From: the human T2T-CHM13v2.0 reference genome, Homo sapiens
DNA: 64,000 nucleotides
Reading direction: 5' to 3' (one strand)
Assembly (NCBI RefSeq): GCF_009914755.1
Contig: NC_060927.1
Positions 11,586-25,444 of the stretch are shown here, piece by piece; position 1 is the stretch's first letter; the number at the start of each line of letters is the position of its first letter. The notes under the pieces were generated by a model. The model was not told the DNA's origin and made no database searches. It was given only the letters and a program-made list of their open reading frames with translations. A program made the position numbers and the translations under genes.

Positions 11586-14500
11586 GAAATGAGAAATGCT
11601 CTTTTGTACCATTCAAACTATAGTGAATACTCTGGACTGACTGAATGTAATTACCCATAGGGTATGAGAGGGAAGAGTCTCTGTGAACCAATCCATCTAC
11701 AAGAACAATTTAGGGCTCTGCCCCGAAGATTCAGATCTGCCTTTCTAATAAAAGGAACATAAAAGAGATTAACCTTTATGCTGTGTAACTGCAGACCAAT
11801 TGGTACAGCTTGCCTTATATCACTGCCATAGAAGCACAGTGATAATGAAATACTCTTACCAAATTGTATGTATTTTTCAGAAGCCTGTCTAAATTAAGAT
11901 CCCATTAAATAATATATTACCATCAGTGGGGTCTCAGTATTACGCTAACAATTGAAAGAGAACCCATGGAAATTGCAAATCATAGAGAGTTCTCATTGAA
12001 CCTATAGAAAGTAAAAAAAAAAAAAAAAAAAAAAAAGGTAGGGTGAAAGCAACTTTAAAAAATGGCATCCTGATAATTTTGTGTAGGGGAAAAATACTAA
12101 AATGCTAAAATATTGTTACTTTCCACATTTTCTGCAGCTTTAGAATAAAGTTTTATTTCTCTTATTTCAAAATGTTAATTCCTGTCATTTTCGACTACTG
12201 AGGAAACTATTTTCTATGTTGAGACTTTGAAGAATTAAAAGATTGCTAACTTTTTTGCTAATAGAAGAATCTTAAGAAACAGTTTAATTTCAAAGAACTC
12301 AAGATTCACTTACAACAAGTAGCTCCTACTTTTGTTTTTGCTGCGACAATTTTAAAGAATAACTCTACAGAAGGCAATCTCTCACTGCCATATGAGTTCA
12401 ACTAGGAATTATTCTCTTTTCCTTTCCAAACTGTGATTGTCACACAGTTAGCAACACACAAATAAAGTTAATATTCTGGTCCTGTTGATATCATTCTCAG
12501 ATTTTCTTGTCACGTGTCATCAGAAATATTGGCATTCGGCAGGTTGGTACATGCCCACTGCCAAGTCCTCTTACTGCATCAGACAAACTTCATAAGCCTT
12601 CCTGAACCTATTTGGTAGAAACAGGATCAAGACATCTCCGTTTGAAACTAAATTCTCCCAGCAGCTACACCTCAAGCAGTGGACATCTATTTGCTTTCTC
12701 CTTTTCCAGGCCGTGGTATGAGTCAAGTAGGATAGGACAAAGGTGACCTGCTGAGTTATCAAACTTGCTATTCTCCAAGAAACACACATATGGTTTGCTC
12801 AATTTGAACAACTGCCTGGGAACAGGATTCAGTTCCCGATCCTGCCTAAGTTCATTGTAAATAGTTTGACAGGGGGAAAAATGGCTTTCTTCTTCTTGCT
12901 AATGCATCTTTGATATGTACTACATCTAGATCCACTTACAAGTAGTTGCTATGTCAGTCCTTTGACTTCCCTGGCAAATCAATCAAAGGATCTACCATTT
13001 ATCTGCAAAAAAAAAAATTAAGAAAAATGATTTATTGGTGCTGAGCCTACACTTCCATGATCAAAGACCCTCTATGAGCATGCATTTTGTAAAGCAAAAC
13101 TGTGGTAAATACAGCACAGAGAGTGTGCTTTCCAGTGACCAGGTAAGCAAGGATTATTTATTCATTTATTTATTTGCATATTTACACTTACATTTTTGTG
13201 TGGGAGCATGTCAAGTCAGAGATTAGAAGGCAATTTTCACATAAAAGCTCCAAAGAAACATGTTGTTATTCTGTGGAAGTTATTTGATTGTTCCTCATAG
13301 TCTTTTCGTTTCAATTGGCATTTAGAGAACTAGCCACACAGGCTGCTCCCCATCTTCCTGCATGATACCATTTCTTCCTGTTCTCCTTATCTATAGCTGT
13401 GATGATGCACAGCTTTCTCTTTTTTCTTTCTTGTGGGTTTGTGCAGTTTCTTGATGTTTGTGACAGGCCACGATAGGGGAAGCTTTTATCACCGTGGGGT
13501 TTGGAGGCCTCAGTAAATTGAAAATTGCAAATGAAATCCACTGGGCTTGAATTCATCAGCTATTATGTCAGATGACCTTTGGCAGCTGCTGATAAAAATG
13601 AGAGAATGTTAGCTCTGATCCAATTTTCAGCACTAACCATTCCTTTTCAAATCCATTCACAGTCAGGCAGCAGACACATGGGAAGTGAAAATGATAGGGT
13701 TTCAAGAGAACGGCATTGTGTTGCAGATTAAGATTTTCTCCCCCTATTTCTAGAGGTCAGCCCCCAGGCCCCTGTCTGGTATCTACCTATTGTCCAATCA
13801 GTTTCAATATCTGCTTCAGAGGACATGTTAGCCATCCTTACAGATAAGTGCTTACAGGAGAGAATGTTGGACTTAATAGTTTTGCTTAGGAGGCATCAAG
13901 GGTCGCAGTGTAGCAATATTGACTGGCACATGTTAGTTTAATCTGACATACCAAGGAATGTGACACTAGATTCTTTCAGAGTTGTTGATCTCTAGGTGAT
14001 TTTTGTTACCAGCTCTGGTTTTATGAAATTTATTTTTGCACAACTATTTATATTCATGAGTCAGAGATATTCTAAAATATCTATCATAGCCAAGCAAAGG
14101 CAGCCTAAGCTTGTCTAAAAAAAATATATGGATGCCAAAATTATGAAACTGGGAAAAAATGAGTTGTGCGTATTCTGTTCTTGCAATCCAGCTAAAGGTC
14201 AATGTCATTGATAGTATTTTAGGAGCTAGATTATCCTGAAATAAATATGTGTCTATCGACTGGTAGGCTTCTCAATAAATGTAATAGATTTTTATCATGC
14301 AGAGAAAAATAATTAGCCTTGTTACTTTCCGCTGAGGTAGCATGAACCAGCAAAATAATGCTATATATGGTTGAGTCATCAGTATGATTTCCCATCTATG
14401 AAACACAGGAGCAATCTGAAAATAAAGAAAACTGAAATTAATTTTTTCTCCACAGTTTTCTGTGTTCAGAAAAGAAAAAAAAATCTCCTTTGATCCTTTG

Positions 14501-14796
14501 AAAATGTTGAGTTCATTGAGGGAATAGTCTCAAGCAAATGCAAAGTTGAGAAACACCAAATAATTGAAAACCATGTGTCATTATAAGCATTCACCCAAAA
14601 ATATGATAAACTGAAAAATATTAAATCTGCATTTCTCTAGGTTTTCCTGGTATGCATATTTCTTCATTTTTTTCTCTTGACATTGGTTAACATTATATGA
14701 AAATAATTGTTCATATATGACTAGGGTTGCAAAAATGCTTTTTATGGCTTAGCAATTCCTTTCTGATACACCAACCCATAGCATTATGGAGCTCTA

Positions 14797-15110
<314 letters not shown>

Positions 15111-15390
15111 TTAGATGACTCTTCTAAATGCCAGTCTTTGGAAAGAAAAAATACGGTTCTATAAGCTTCCTTCATAAGAAAAACAATATAACAAATATAT
15201 ATATGTAAGTTATCCATATGTTACATCTTACTTTTAAAAACTAACTTAAAGTTAGTATCCCACTGTTTGCCTTACTACCTTTTGTTGATATTCACAAGTT
15301 CTTTTAAGAGAGGACAATTATCTGTTGTCCAGTGAGCATGTATAAATAAAATGCTTAATGATAGTATCAAAAAAAATACCATATGCACAT

Positions 15391-15742
<352 letters not shown>

Positions 15743-16921
15743 TAACTGGGTCTAAAATTAACAGAGGATCCAACCAATCAAAAAATATGGATCCAACATA
15801 TTCCATGATTTCCCCAAATAATTGGATTTTCTGCTTTTTTTTTTTTTAACCAATGAAGGGACACCTTTTAGAGTCCCATATATTTCTTTTTCTTTTTTTT
15901 TTAGTCTATATTTTCCAATTTATTTTAAAGAATGGAAACTATGCTGATAAGTTTCACTTTACCTAAATTTACGAGTACATCCATGAATTGCACCACAATT
16001 AGGACAATTTGATTATCTTAATGATTCTGTCATGAAACTTGCACACTGTATCCAAAGGTAAAGACCAGCGGATGGAGCCTCCCACAAGTTCTGTGCACAA
16101 GGACTTTCTTCTTGGGAGTTAAGGTATCTGAGAAAGTAGTTCTCCTCCCAGATTAAGTCCTCAAAAATCCATAGATTTCTTAAGCCTCGTTATATGGTTT
16201 CCTGGCCCTATTTGTACCTCAAGGAAAATGAGACCTTTGCCTGGCTGTCTGTAAAAACACCACTACAACTTTAGGAGGCTGAGCCAAACCTCCCCTCTAA
16301 CAGAACAAACAGAAGCTCTTATCAAAATGATGAAGTTTGCACTTCACAAGTTTATCAATGATTGTGGCCACACATTGCTCAGTTCATCCATATTCAAGAA
16401 CAGGACGTGTTTCTTAGAGTTTAGTTCCTCAAGTGTCTAACTACCTTTTAGGCTTGCAGTGGATGCTGTCACTATTTCCAAAGAAGTAAATAATTTAATA
16501 ATGAACATGCTCTTAGTGAACTGCAACTGTGACAGCCCCAAGTCATTCAGCATGGACCCATTCAGACAACAGGTTCCTGCCAGAAGAAGCAGCAGCACCC
16601 ACATTTGGCTGTGCCCTAGGGCCTGGCTTTCAGCCACTGCGATCTGCATGCTCAGATAGATGAAGCAATTAGATAAGCCTGTTAAGTTTTATGTCTTCAT
16701 TATTGATTTATAGTATGAAATCAGCATGATTATTGAACCAGACCTGCCACTGAAACAATTGAGTCATTGATCCTTACATAGGCATGTATTTCCAATTTAG
16801 ATTTGGGGAGGAAATACGTGGATATATTATTATTTCTGATGTTTTATCTAAGGGCTTGGACAGAAATTTAGATAATTCATTATTTCCACCTCCTGACCTT
16901 TCTTCATTCCCACTCCTGTAG

Positions 16922-17134
16922 CACCCCTTCCAATAGATGTTTCTATTATGATAAAAATGTTCTACTCTGTGCCGCTCAATATCATAGCCTGTAGCCACAA
17001 GTGGCTATAAAGCATTTGAAAGGTGACTAGTGTGACCAAGGAACTGAATTTTTTATTTTGTTTAATTTTAACCAGTTTAAGTTTAAATTTAAATAGCTAC
17101 ATGTGGCTGGCGGCTACCATATTGGACAGCCCAG
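16922..17134 (+). mobile_element. MER3 (hAT-Charlie MITE)
   Basis: tccaataga...tagccacaagtggcta...gaactgaatttt...atgtggctggcggctaccatattggacagcccag. Confidence 0.88.
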
Positions 17135-17199
17135 TAGCTCTGTATTATACTAAACTTTTCTAGTCCCTGCAACGATAGCACTTGTCAAAATTCTAATTA

Positions 17200-17735
17200 C
17201 TTTTCAAGACCCTGTTTACATACTACCTCTTTTACAAAACTTTGCTTACTTCTATCACTTCAACATTACCTTTGTCTAAATACATATCATTTGAAAACCA
17301 GGGATCATTTTCTGCCTTGTATTATCGTTATCTGCTCCGCTATACCACAAATTGCTAGAGGACAAGGACTATGTCCACCTAGTGATGTGCTGTGTCAATA
17401 ACAAATATTTGAGGAATTAAAATGAGTTGTAGGTTTTGCAGAGAGAAGGACTATTATTTTGTTGTTGTTGTTTTAGTACATGCTAATTAGAGAAGCAATA
17501 ACACTATCATCCTTTTCACACCCTCTTTTAAAAAATAATTTAGGAAAAATTCAGTTATTTTTCTCTCCTCATTTATTGTTATCACTGAGATGGAAATTTC
17601 AAGCAAAATTATTATGTTTTCTTCTTTTGAAGTCAGGAAACTTGAAGACACTTTTCATCTTCATAGAGAATAACACAATGCTTACATGTAGAAAGAACTC
17701 AGTAAATACTTCTTGAGTAAATAAATCAATGAATA
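17200..17735 (+). mobile_element. L2 3'-end remnants (two)
   Basis: ctagaggacaaggactatgtc...aaatatttgagg; actcagtaaatacttcttgagtaaataaatcaatgaa. Confidence 0.55.
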
Positions 17736-17825
17736 AGAATTATTATCCAATGAACAGTCATATGTATGTGTCTTTATGATGAATGATTTATATTTCTCTG
17801 GATACTGGAAAAAGAAAATGCAGTA

Positions 17826-18270
17826 GATATACACCATGGAATACTATGCAACCATAAAAAAGAATAAGATCAAAGTATAATAATTTTAAAAAAAGAAAAA
17901 ATAAAAGTACCAAAAGAATGGAAAAAAAAAGAACAGGATCATGTCTTTCGCAGGAACATGGATGGAGCTGGAGGTCATTATCCTTAGCAAACTAAAACAG
18001 GAACAGAAAACCAAATACCATACGTTCTTACTTATAAACAGGAGTTAAATAATGAGAACTCATGAACACAAGGAAACAACACACTGGGGTGTACTTGAGG
18101 GTGAGGGTGGCAGGAGGGAGAAGAGCAGAAAAAAAGTAACTATTGGGTGGTAGGCTTAATATCTGGGTGATTAAATAATCTTGACAAACAAACCCCATGA
18201 CACGAGTTTACCTATATAATATAACAAACCTTCACATGGTCCCCCAAACCTAAAATAAAAGCTTTTTTAT
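17826..18270 (+). mobile_element. Older L1PA (about PA13-16) 3' end, with a nested micro-insertion
   Basis: atatacaccatggaatactatgc...aaaccccatgacacgagtttacctata...cctaaaataaaag. Confidence 0.9.
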
Positions 18271-18387
18271 AAAGGATTATTATTCAGGTTTCTGAGTAGT
18301 TTTAAATCCCTGAATCAAGATGTGCTTATATTGACTTCTAATGTTAGAAAAATTCCTTCCAGAATATTCACAGGAAACTCTGCTTGA

Positions 18388-18504
18388 GGCTTTGGGAGGC
18401 TAAGGTGGGATTGCCCAGGAGTTTGAGGCTGTGGTGACCTATTATTAGACCACTGAACTACAGCCTGGGTGACAGAGTCAGACCCTGTCTCTTAAAAAAA
18501 AAAA
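18388..18504 (+). mobile_element. Alu monomer fragment (FRAM/AluJ)
   Basis: tttgggaggctaagg...cagcctgggtgacagagtcagaccctgtctc followed by an A tail. Confidence 0.8.
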
Positions 18505-18834
18505 TACTCAAAAGTAAACTAAGAGAATGAATTTTACAGTTTATGAATCTTAAAAGGTGAATAAAAATACCATGTACATTAGTGTATGTTTATGATATTT
18601 AAGTAGTGGTTTAGCATTTTAGCACTAAATTGTTGATATTGATATAAGACATAATACTAACTTTATTCTGTGGGGTCGTATGACACCTAACTGACTTTGG
18701 GAGAATAGTAAGGTAGTCTGAGACAGCTGTGCTATGATTGAAAGAACACTGGATTTGGAGTTAGAAAACCTTGTTTTGAAACCAAATTCTTTTACTTACT
18801 AATTCGGAGTAATAATTTTTATTACCACAATATA

Positions 18835-19010
18835 TTATAACATACTTATTGAATGCATATTATGCCCCAGAACTGTTCTCCGGACACTATATGAGTTAAC
18901 TTATTTAATCCTCCAGCAACCCCATAAAGTCAGTATTATTATTTCCATTTTACAGCTGATGAAACTGAGGCACAGATAGATTAAGTAACTTGCCCAAGGT
19001 CACACAGCAA
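18835..19010 (-). mobile_element. MIR
   Basis: Core ccattttacagctgatgaaactgaggcacaga...aagtaacttgcccaaggtcacacagc. Confidence 0.88.
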
Positions 19011-20344
19011 TTACAGTGGCACCTGGCCATAGTAGGTTCTTCATACTTTTTGGAATATTAGCATGGTGTAGATTCAGGTTTAAGCAGAACATACTGGCTC
19101 TTGTCTTACCATCTCTGATTGTATTCTCTTCAATAAAAGGAAGATAATACTATTTTCCTCCCATGTCACAGGAAAGGCTGCTATGAGGGTCAAATGAGAT
19201 AATAATATGAAAATGCGATTACCCATTTACTAATTGTACTTAGTAGTTGTGCCTGGTGTCTTACATTAAGTTTGATGTGCCTTTTTGTGAGTAGGAAAGC
19301 CATAAATCCCAAATATGCCTCATTTGCTGACAAGAGGTCCTCCTCACTCCCATTTTAATAGTCAATTAGTCATGACCACAATAAAATAAATCCAGGGAAA
19401 GGGATCCATCAGTACTTCAGCCTCCCAACACCTGGTTATACAGTAAAGCCCTTTGGGCCATTTTTGCCTTTGTGAGAAATCTGGGAAAGAATAGATGAGA
19501 AGGGAAGGAACTGGTGGATTGAAGGAAGAGTAGAATCCCCCAGAGGTCACTGTGAAGAAAAGTAATTTAATTCAACCAAGAGCGACCAACCATCCCATCC
19601 ATTCACCTCAGCTGGGTACTGTGAGAGTCACAAAATGCTAGCCACTAAATGGGTCCTTAGTGTAAAACCTTTAAAAAAAATAACAGAATACTTGATATCA
19701 GAACACTTTGAAATTATTTCTCATTCCCAGAAATATATACGTGGAATATGTGGGGCTTTTTAAATGAGGTTAAATTGTTCTACTTCATACTACTTTAGGC
19801 CTCTTATACCTACTCATTTGTCTGTGAATAATTTGCAATACTTCAACGGAATCGCATGTCCATGCACTTAAGTTTGTTAGTCTATAAATACTCAAAATTA
19901 TGTCCAAACAGATTTATGACTATAGATCAAACATTACTAATCAGTACCTTCCACCTACATATTGTATTAATTTCTTTTTCATAAAAGCAAGCATGCAGAT
20001 GAATAAGAACCAGTGGCTTTAAGAAGTACAGGTTAGGTGGAGACCTTAAAGAAATGGAACTGATTATAATAAAATATAAAATACTGTACTTTATCATTCT
20101 TATGAACACAGCCTCCTGAGGACATACAATGCCTTTTTTAATGAGGTAAGGGTGAGTCACAGCTGGAAAAAAAAAATGAGGTAAGGAGAGAAGGTTTTCA
20201 GAGTGAAGGAAATTGTTTTAATCCATCCGACCAATTAATATTAAGTATGATTCAAGTCTAAAGCTGACATTGGCCATCGCTTTTTATTGTGAATAATAAT
20301 AATAATGTTGATAGCTTCTATTGCTGAAGTATTTACCATGAGCA

Positions 20345-20745
20345 AATGCATTGCACAGTAAATAACTCTAGCTGCTACAATCAATAAACCCCCAAATCCC
20401 AGTGGCTTTATAAAAAAAAAAATCGGATAGATATTAGTAGAATCTGATATGGGTCAGGTGGCTTTTCCTTGTGCCTTTCCTCTAAGTGATGATTTGGGGA
20501 AACACCTTCTTGCCATCCTGTAACCTTTTCATCTCAGAGTCATTCACTTCTAGCAGTGTGGATGGAATAAAGAAGACTTACCTGCAGCAGTCTACAAGTG
20601 ACACATCACTTCTGTTTACATTCCACTGCCGAGACTTAGGTGACCTTACCTAGATTCTTGGGGAGCTGGAGTTTATGAATACATTTAGCTCCATGCCAAG
20701 GAAAACTGAAATGGATGGTGAACACATAACGTTGTGCCTACCACA
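20345..20745 (-). mobile_element. MaLR LTR (MLT1J/K-like) inserted into a MIR
   Basis: ccccaaatcccagtggcttta...aagtgacacatcacttctgtttacattccactg...ctaccaca. MIR text is split around it (tatttaccatg / gccaggcactgtg). Confidence 0.7.
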
Positions 20746-20920
20746 GCCAGGCACTGTGGTTCACATATTTAATTCATTTAATGTTTATTGAGCCTTGGAA
20801 GGTAGATGCTACTAACCTCATTTCATAGATGAGAAGCCAAAAATGCAGAAAGCTTAAATAACCTGCCCAAGACACACAATTAGTGAATGGTGGAACCAAG
20901 ATTCAAACATAGCCTGTCTC
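20746..20920 (-). mobile_element. MIR
   Basis: catttcatagatgagaag...aaataacctgcccaagacacacaattagtgaatgg. Confidence 0.8.
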
Positions 20921-22304
20921 TAATGGATGAGAAAAACAAAATTTTATACAAGAACATGCAAAAAAATATATCATATGAACAAAGAACAAGAAAAAAGAAA
21001 AAAATAGAGCCTGTAATTTGTTTAGGAGAAATACTCAGGCTCAATAATAACTAAAGAAGTGGAAATTTAAGGGAGTAAAGGTTTTACCTATGAAATTAAC
21101 AACAGGAACAAAAAACTTAATGCTATACTCAGTGCTGCAAGGGTATGATAGAAAAAAATATGTTGCAAGAAGAGTCACTGAAGTATTAATAGTGGTTGTT
21201 TACGGTAGTGGATTTATGGGCGATATGTCTCACTGTTTTACCTTTAAAAATTATTTTATCTTATAAACACATACACACACACACACACATATGCATATAC
21301 ATAAACACATAGCCTATAACTGGTTTACAGGAAATTCCAGTTTGGGCTATAACCTGGCAAGAAATATAGTTAGCCCTCATGTGAAACATGGACTAGGCCC
21401 ATGCAGGTAAACATAAGCATTTTTTTAAAATATGAAGGCATTTATGGCCCCCAAAACTTCTACCATCTCAAAGCAAAAAACTTATTTGTGATATGACTAT
21501 GAGAGAATGAAACAAATTTATTTCTGTGGCTTGTGAATTCTGTCATAATTTTATGGTCACTCATGGAACTTGTGTCTCTTAAATTCATTTCTATAAAGAA
21601 ATAATGGCTTTGACATTTATAAATCTGTCACAACATTAGTGGAGAAAGAATATTTTCATAGAATCATTTAACTTTTTAAACTGCTATTTAAAACTGTTAC
21701 CTAATAGTAATATCAGTCATATAGAAAGCAATATAAAGACTGTAAATATAGAATACAGTGGTTTAAAAGGACCAGATCCTGAGAAATGGGGCATAGGGTT
21801 ATTCAGGAGAGTAGGGAGCAGAGGGTGGAATTTTTCACAGGGCTCATATTTCTGACAATTTTGGGAAATCCATTTTCAGTTCAGCAACCAATTCAGTAAT
21901 TACTCTTTTAGCCAAAAAGGGAGGATCTAACCACCTCCCTTCTCCATCACTGAAGCATCCAGAGAACAGACTCAAGCTGCTTATACATATTTAAAGACAA
22001 GTAAATTTTTCTGTCATATTTTCTGTATGGAAAAAAACTCATGAAAATCAGCTGATGAAGATGAGCTCTTTTAAGTGAATTTTGAAAGATTTCATTAGCT
22101 GAACCCCAAAATAATCTGTAAGCAGTAAAATGTCCTGAAATAAGAAACTGATCAAAGCCAATACAGACTAACATAAGACCAGAAGAATATGAGAAAAGCA
22201 AAATAAAATAAATGCAGATAGAAAAGAGATCTCTAAGCCTAGAAAAATTAATGGGTAATGGGTTAATTAATGGGCTAATGTGTTAATTGATAAAAATAAC
22301 TAAT

Positions 22305-22545
22305 GGATTAATGGGCACAAAAACATAGAAAGAATGAATAAGACCTACTATTTGATAGCATAACAAGGTGACTATAGTCAATAATAACCTAATTGGATTG
22401 TTTATAACTTAAAGAATAAATGCTCGAGGGGATGGATACGTCATTCTCCATAATGTGCTTATTTCACATTGAATGCCTGTATCAAAACATCTCATGTACA
22501 TGATAAATGTGTACACCTACTATGTACCCACAAAAATTAAAAAAA
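22305..22545 (+). mobile_element. L1MA1-3-type 3' UTR fragment
   Basis: agaaagaatgaataagacctactatttgatagc...cacctactatgtacccacaaaaattaaaa. Confidence 0.9.
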
Positions 22546-22773
22546 GATGTTTAAAGAAAAATCAAATTTGGATAATATTTTCTTGATCAAGGAACAATGT
22601 ATGGTATCATCTTTAAGGCTCATTTCACTGAGTCTAAATAATGGGTTTGCCTTGCTTACTACATATGATTCTCAAAATTAGGCTTCCAGATTTGCATTAG
22701 TCAAAGAAACTGTTAGCAACAAGTATTTTTGAAGTATGGCCAGTTATCACCACAGCGTTTTTATTTTTTAAGG

Positions 22774-23037
22774 CAGTATTTCTCAAAGTGTAACCCATAT
22801 AATACTGATTTTGAGACACAGTAATAAGATATTATACAAATGAAGATCCTGTGCTGGGTGTACCAGTATTATTAAAAGATTTATTTATGACAAAACTTTC
22901 AGAGCCTTTAATACTAGTACTTACTCTGGTTCTGCAATGGACGGGGGGAAGAGGGATATATAATATTCAGCATTTCACCAGTGCCATGAAACATAGTGAG
23001 GGACCAATGTCTTCTGGATCACACTTTGGAAGCACCG
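22774..23037. mobile_element. hAT-Charlie MITE (MER5-group-like)
   Basis: TIR-like ends cagtatttctcaaagtg ... cactttggaagcaccg. Confidence 0.6.
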
Positions 23038-23089
23038 ATTTGGCATCATTTCTTAGCACCAACCAAGGCCTTTCCTTTTAGTTGTGAGA

Positions 23090-23370
23090 GGTAGGATAAT
23101 ACAGCAGTTAGGAGTACGGACTCTGGATGTAGACACTGGTGTTTCAACACTGACTGTGGCCTGTTGTGGACTGTTGGGCAAATTGTTTTATCTCTTGGTG
23201 TTTCATTTTCTTCATCTCTAGGGTGGAGGTAATAGCAGTGCCTGGCTCAGAGACAGCATTAAATAACTTGATACACTTAAAGTACCTAGAACATTTCTGA
23301 GCAGGATACACTTAAAGTACCTAGAACATTTCTGAGCATACAGTAAACTTAACTCCATGTTGCTCTTGGC
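23090..23370 (+). mobile_element. MIR containing a 34-bp duplication
   Basis: ggactctggatgtagac...tctcttggtgtttcattttcttcatctct...; duplication at 23270-23338. Confidence 0.8.
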
Positions 23371-24217
23371 TACTAAGGCAAGTGAGCATATACATCGAAT
23401 AAGTATCCTTCTTTATTAGAACAACGCCAAATCTATTTTGGGCTATGTTATGCAGAGCATCTTCTTTATTTTGTGGGGACTATTTTCTCCCTGAGACTAC
23501 AAATGATAAACTCATTTTTTAAAGTCTAAAATTTGTAATTAAAACCAGGAAGATTTTCTTTTTTCTAGATTAAAAACATAGCATTTGAACCTTTGTTTTT
23601 TCCCTCTTAACACTCCCATTCTTATCATGTTGATGTAATATAGTGATAAATGAAGATATTTTCGTCTTTGTTTTGCCAACAGGGCTTCCAAGATGACCAG
23701 AACATTTTACTAAGGAATATCTCTTAAATTCTGCATCAATGAACAACCAGAGCACTGAGGTTTAATTAGTGCCTTACCACAGACAATGTTTTCACAAACA
23801 TAAGAGCACTTGCGATTCTTCCTGCACCAATTTCCTTTAGCCCAGGTTCCCTCCTTGCTCTCACCTGTAGGTTCAACTATATTTACGTTCACTCCCATTC
23901 AGGAAGCATTATTTTTCATTTATTTAAATCCATTTCATTCTTTAAGAAGGATTTCAGGCAGATCACGAGAGACTGACTAAGTACCCACATTAGCTTTGCT
24001 ACTTATCATCTTCCTCTCTCCCAGCAAATGACCTGCTGCTCAGGCACCCAGTAGCTGGGTTCTGCCTAGCTGCCCAGATTTCTCATAAAGGGCTCACGCA
24101 CTACCCAGCGCCCATTGCCTCGATCCTGTCTCAGCCTCAAACATCCTTTGTTCCAACCCCTAGGACCCAGCCAACCAGATTTCCTATATCACTATCTGCT
24201 CTAAAAACTCTTGACCA

Positions 24218-24602
<385 letters not shown>

Positions 24603-24949
24603 CTAAAGGAAGTCATGCCAAGTTCCATGTTCACTTTTTGTTCAGAAAGAAAAATTTCACATTACAGAATTCATAGAAAGCATAAATTTCTTATGGGAAA
24701 TCTATGTCCAAAAGTTTCTCAGCTTTCTGTTTGATGTTGCAACTAAATAAGTGGAACCTGTTCATTAAGCCCCACCAATGAAGTAACAGATGCCATCACT
24801 GTCCATCAAAAATGGCCAGAATATTCCATAATTACACAGGCAGTAGGAAGAAAAAAAATGGCCAGAGTAGCTCACGTTCCTTTGAGGCCTAGAACTGTTC
24901 GAATCCAGAGAATATAGATATGCTTAGACTCATGAATAAAAAAGAAATC

Positions 24950-25258
24950 GGTCGGGCGCGGTGGCTCACGCCTGTAATCCCAGCACTTTGGGAGGCCGAG
25001 GCGGGCAGATCACGAGGTCAGGAGATCGAGACCATCCTGGCTAACACGGTGAAACCCGTCTCTACTAAAAATACAAAAAATTAGCCAGGCATGGTGGCGG
25101 GTGCCTGTAGTCCCAGCTAGTCAGGAGGCTGAGGCAGGAGAATGGCGTGAACCCGGGAGGCGGAGCTTGTAGTGAGCCGAGATTGCGCCACTGCACTCCA
25201 GCCTGGGCGACAGAGCGAGACTCCGTCTCAAAAAAAAAAAAAAAAAAAAAAAAAAAGG
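24950..25258 (+). mobile_element. AluY
   Basis: CpG-rich dimer, long pure A tail, TSD aaaaagaaatc (24939-24949, 25259-25269). Confidence 0.97.
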
Positions 25259-25444
25259 AAAAAGAAATCAAGGGTTCGAAACGTGATATCTGAATGGTAT
25301 ATAATAATGTTTGGGGTTTTTTCTGACTGAATGATTTATTTCGATTTTCTCATCTTAAAATTATAAGACCCTAAAACAGATTAATTTTTTTCTGATATTT
25401 ATCTGCTCTCTCAGCTTACTTACATAATATTGCCCAAACTTTTT

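Noticed and set aside
12013-12036. A24 tract (also at about 48819 and the T-rich tract at 40318-40377)
   Set aside because: No convincing TSD or upstream retroposed body.
13138-13148. Strong donor CAG/GTAAGC
   Set aside because: No plausible upstream acceptor; such words are frequent by chance.
23660-23870. Splice-like signals on both strands (ttttgccaacag; minus-strand CAG/GTGAGA and GTG/GTAAGG)
   Set aside because: No consistent acceptor-donor pair or recognisable reading frame.
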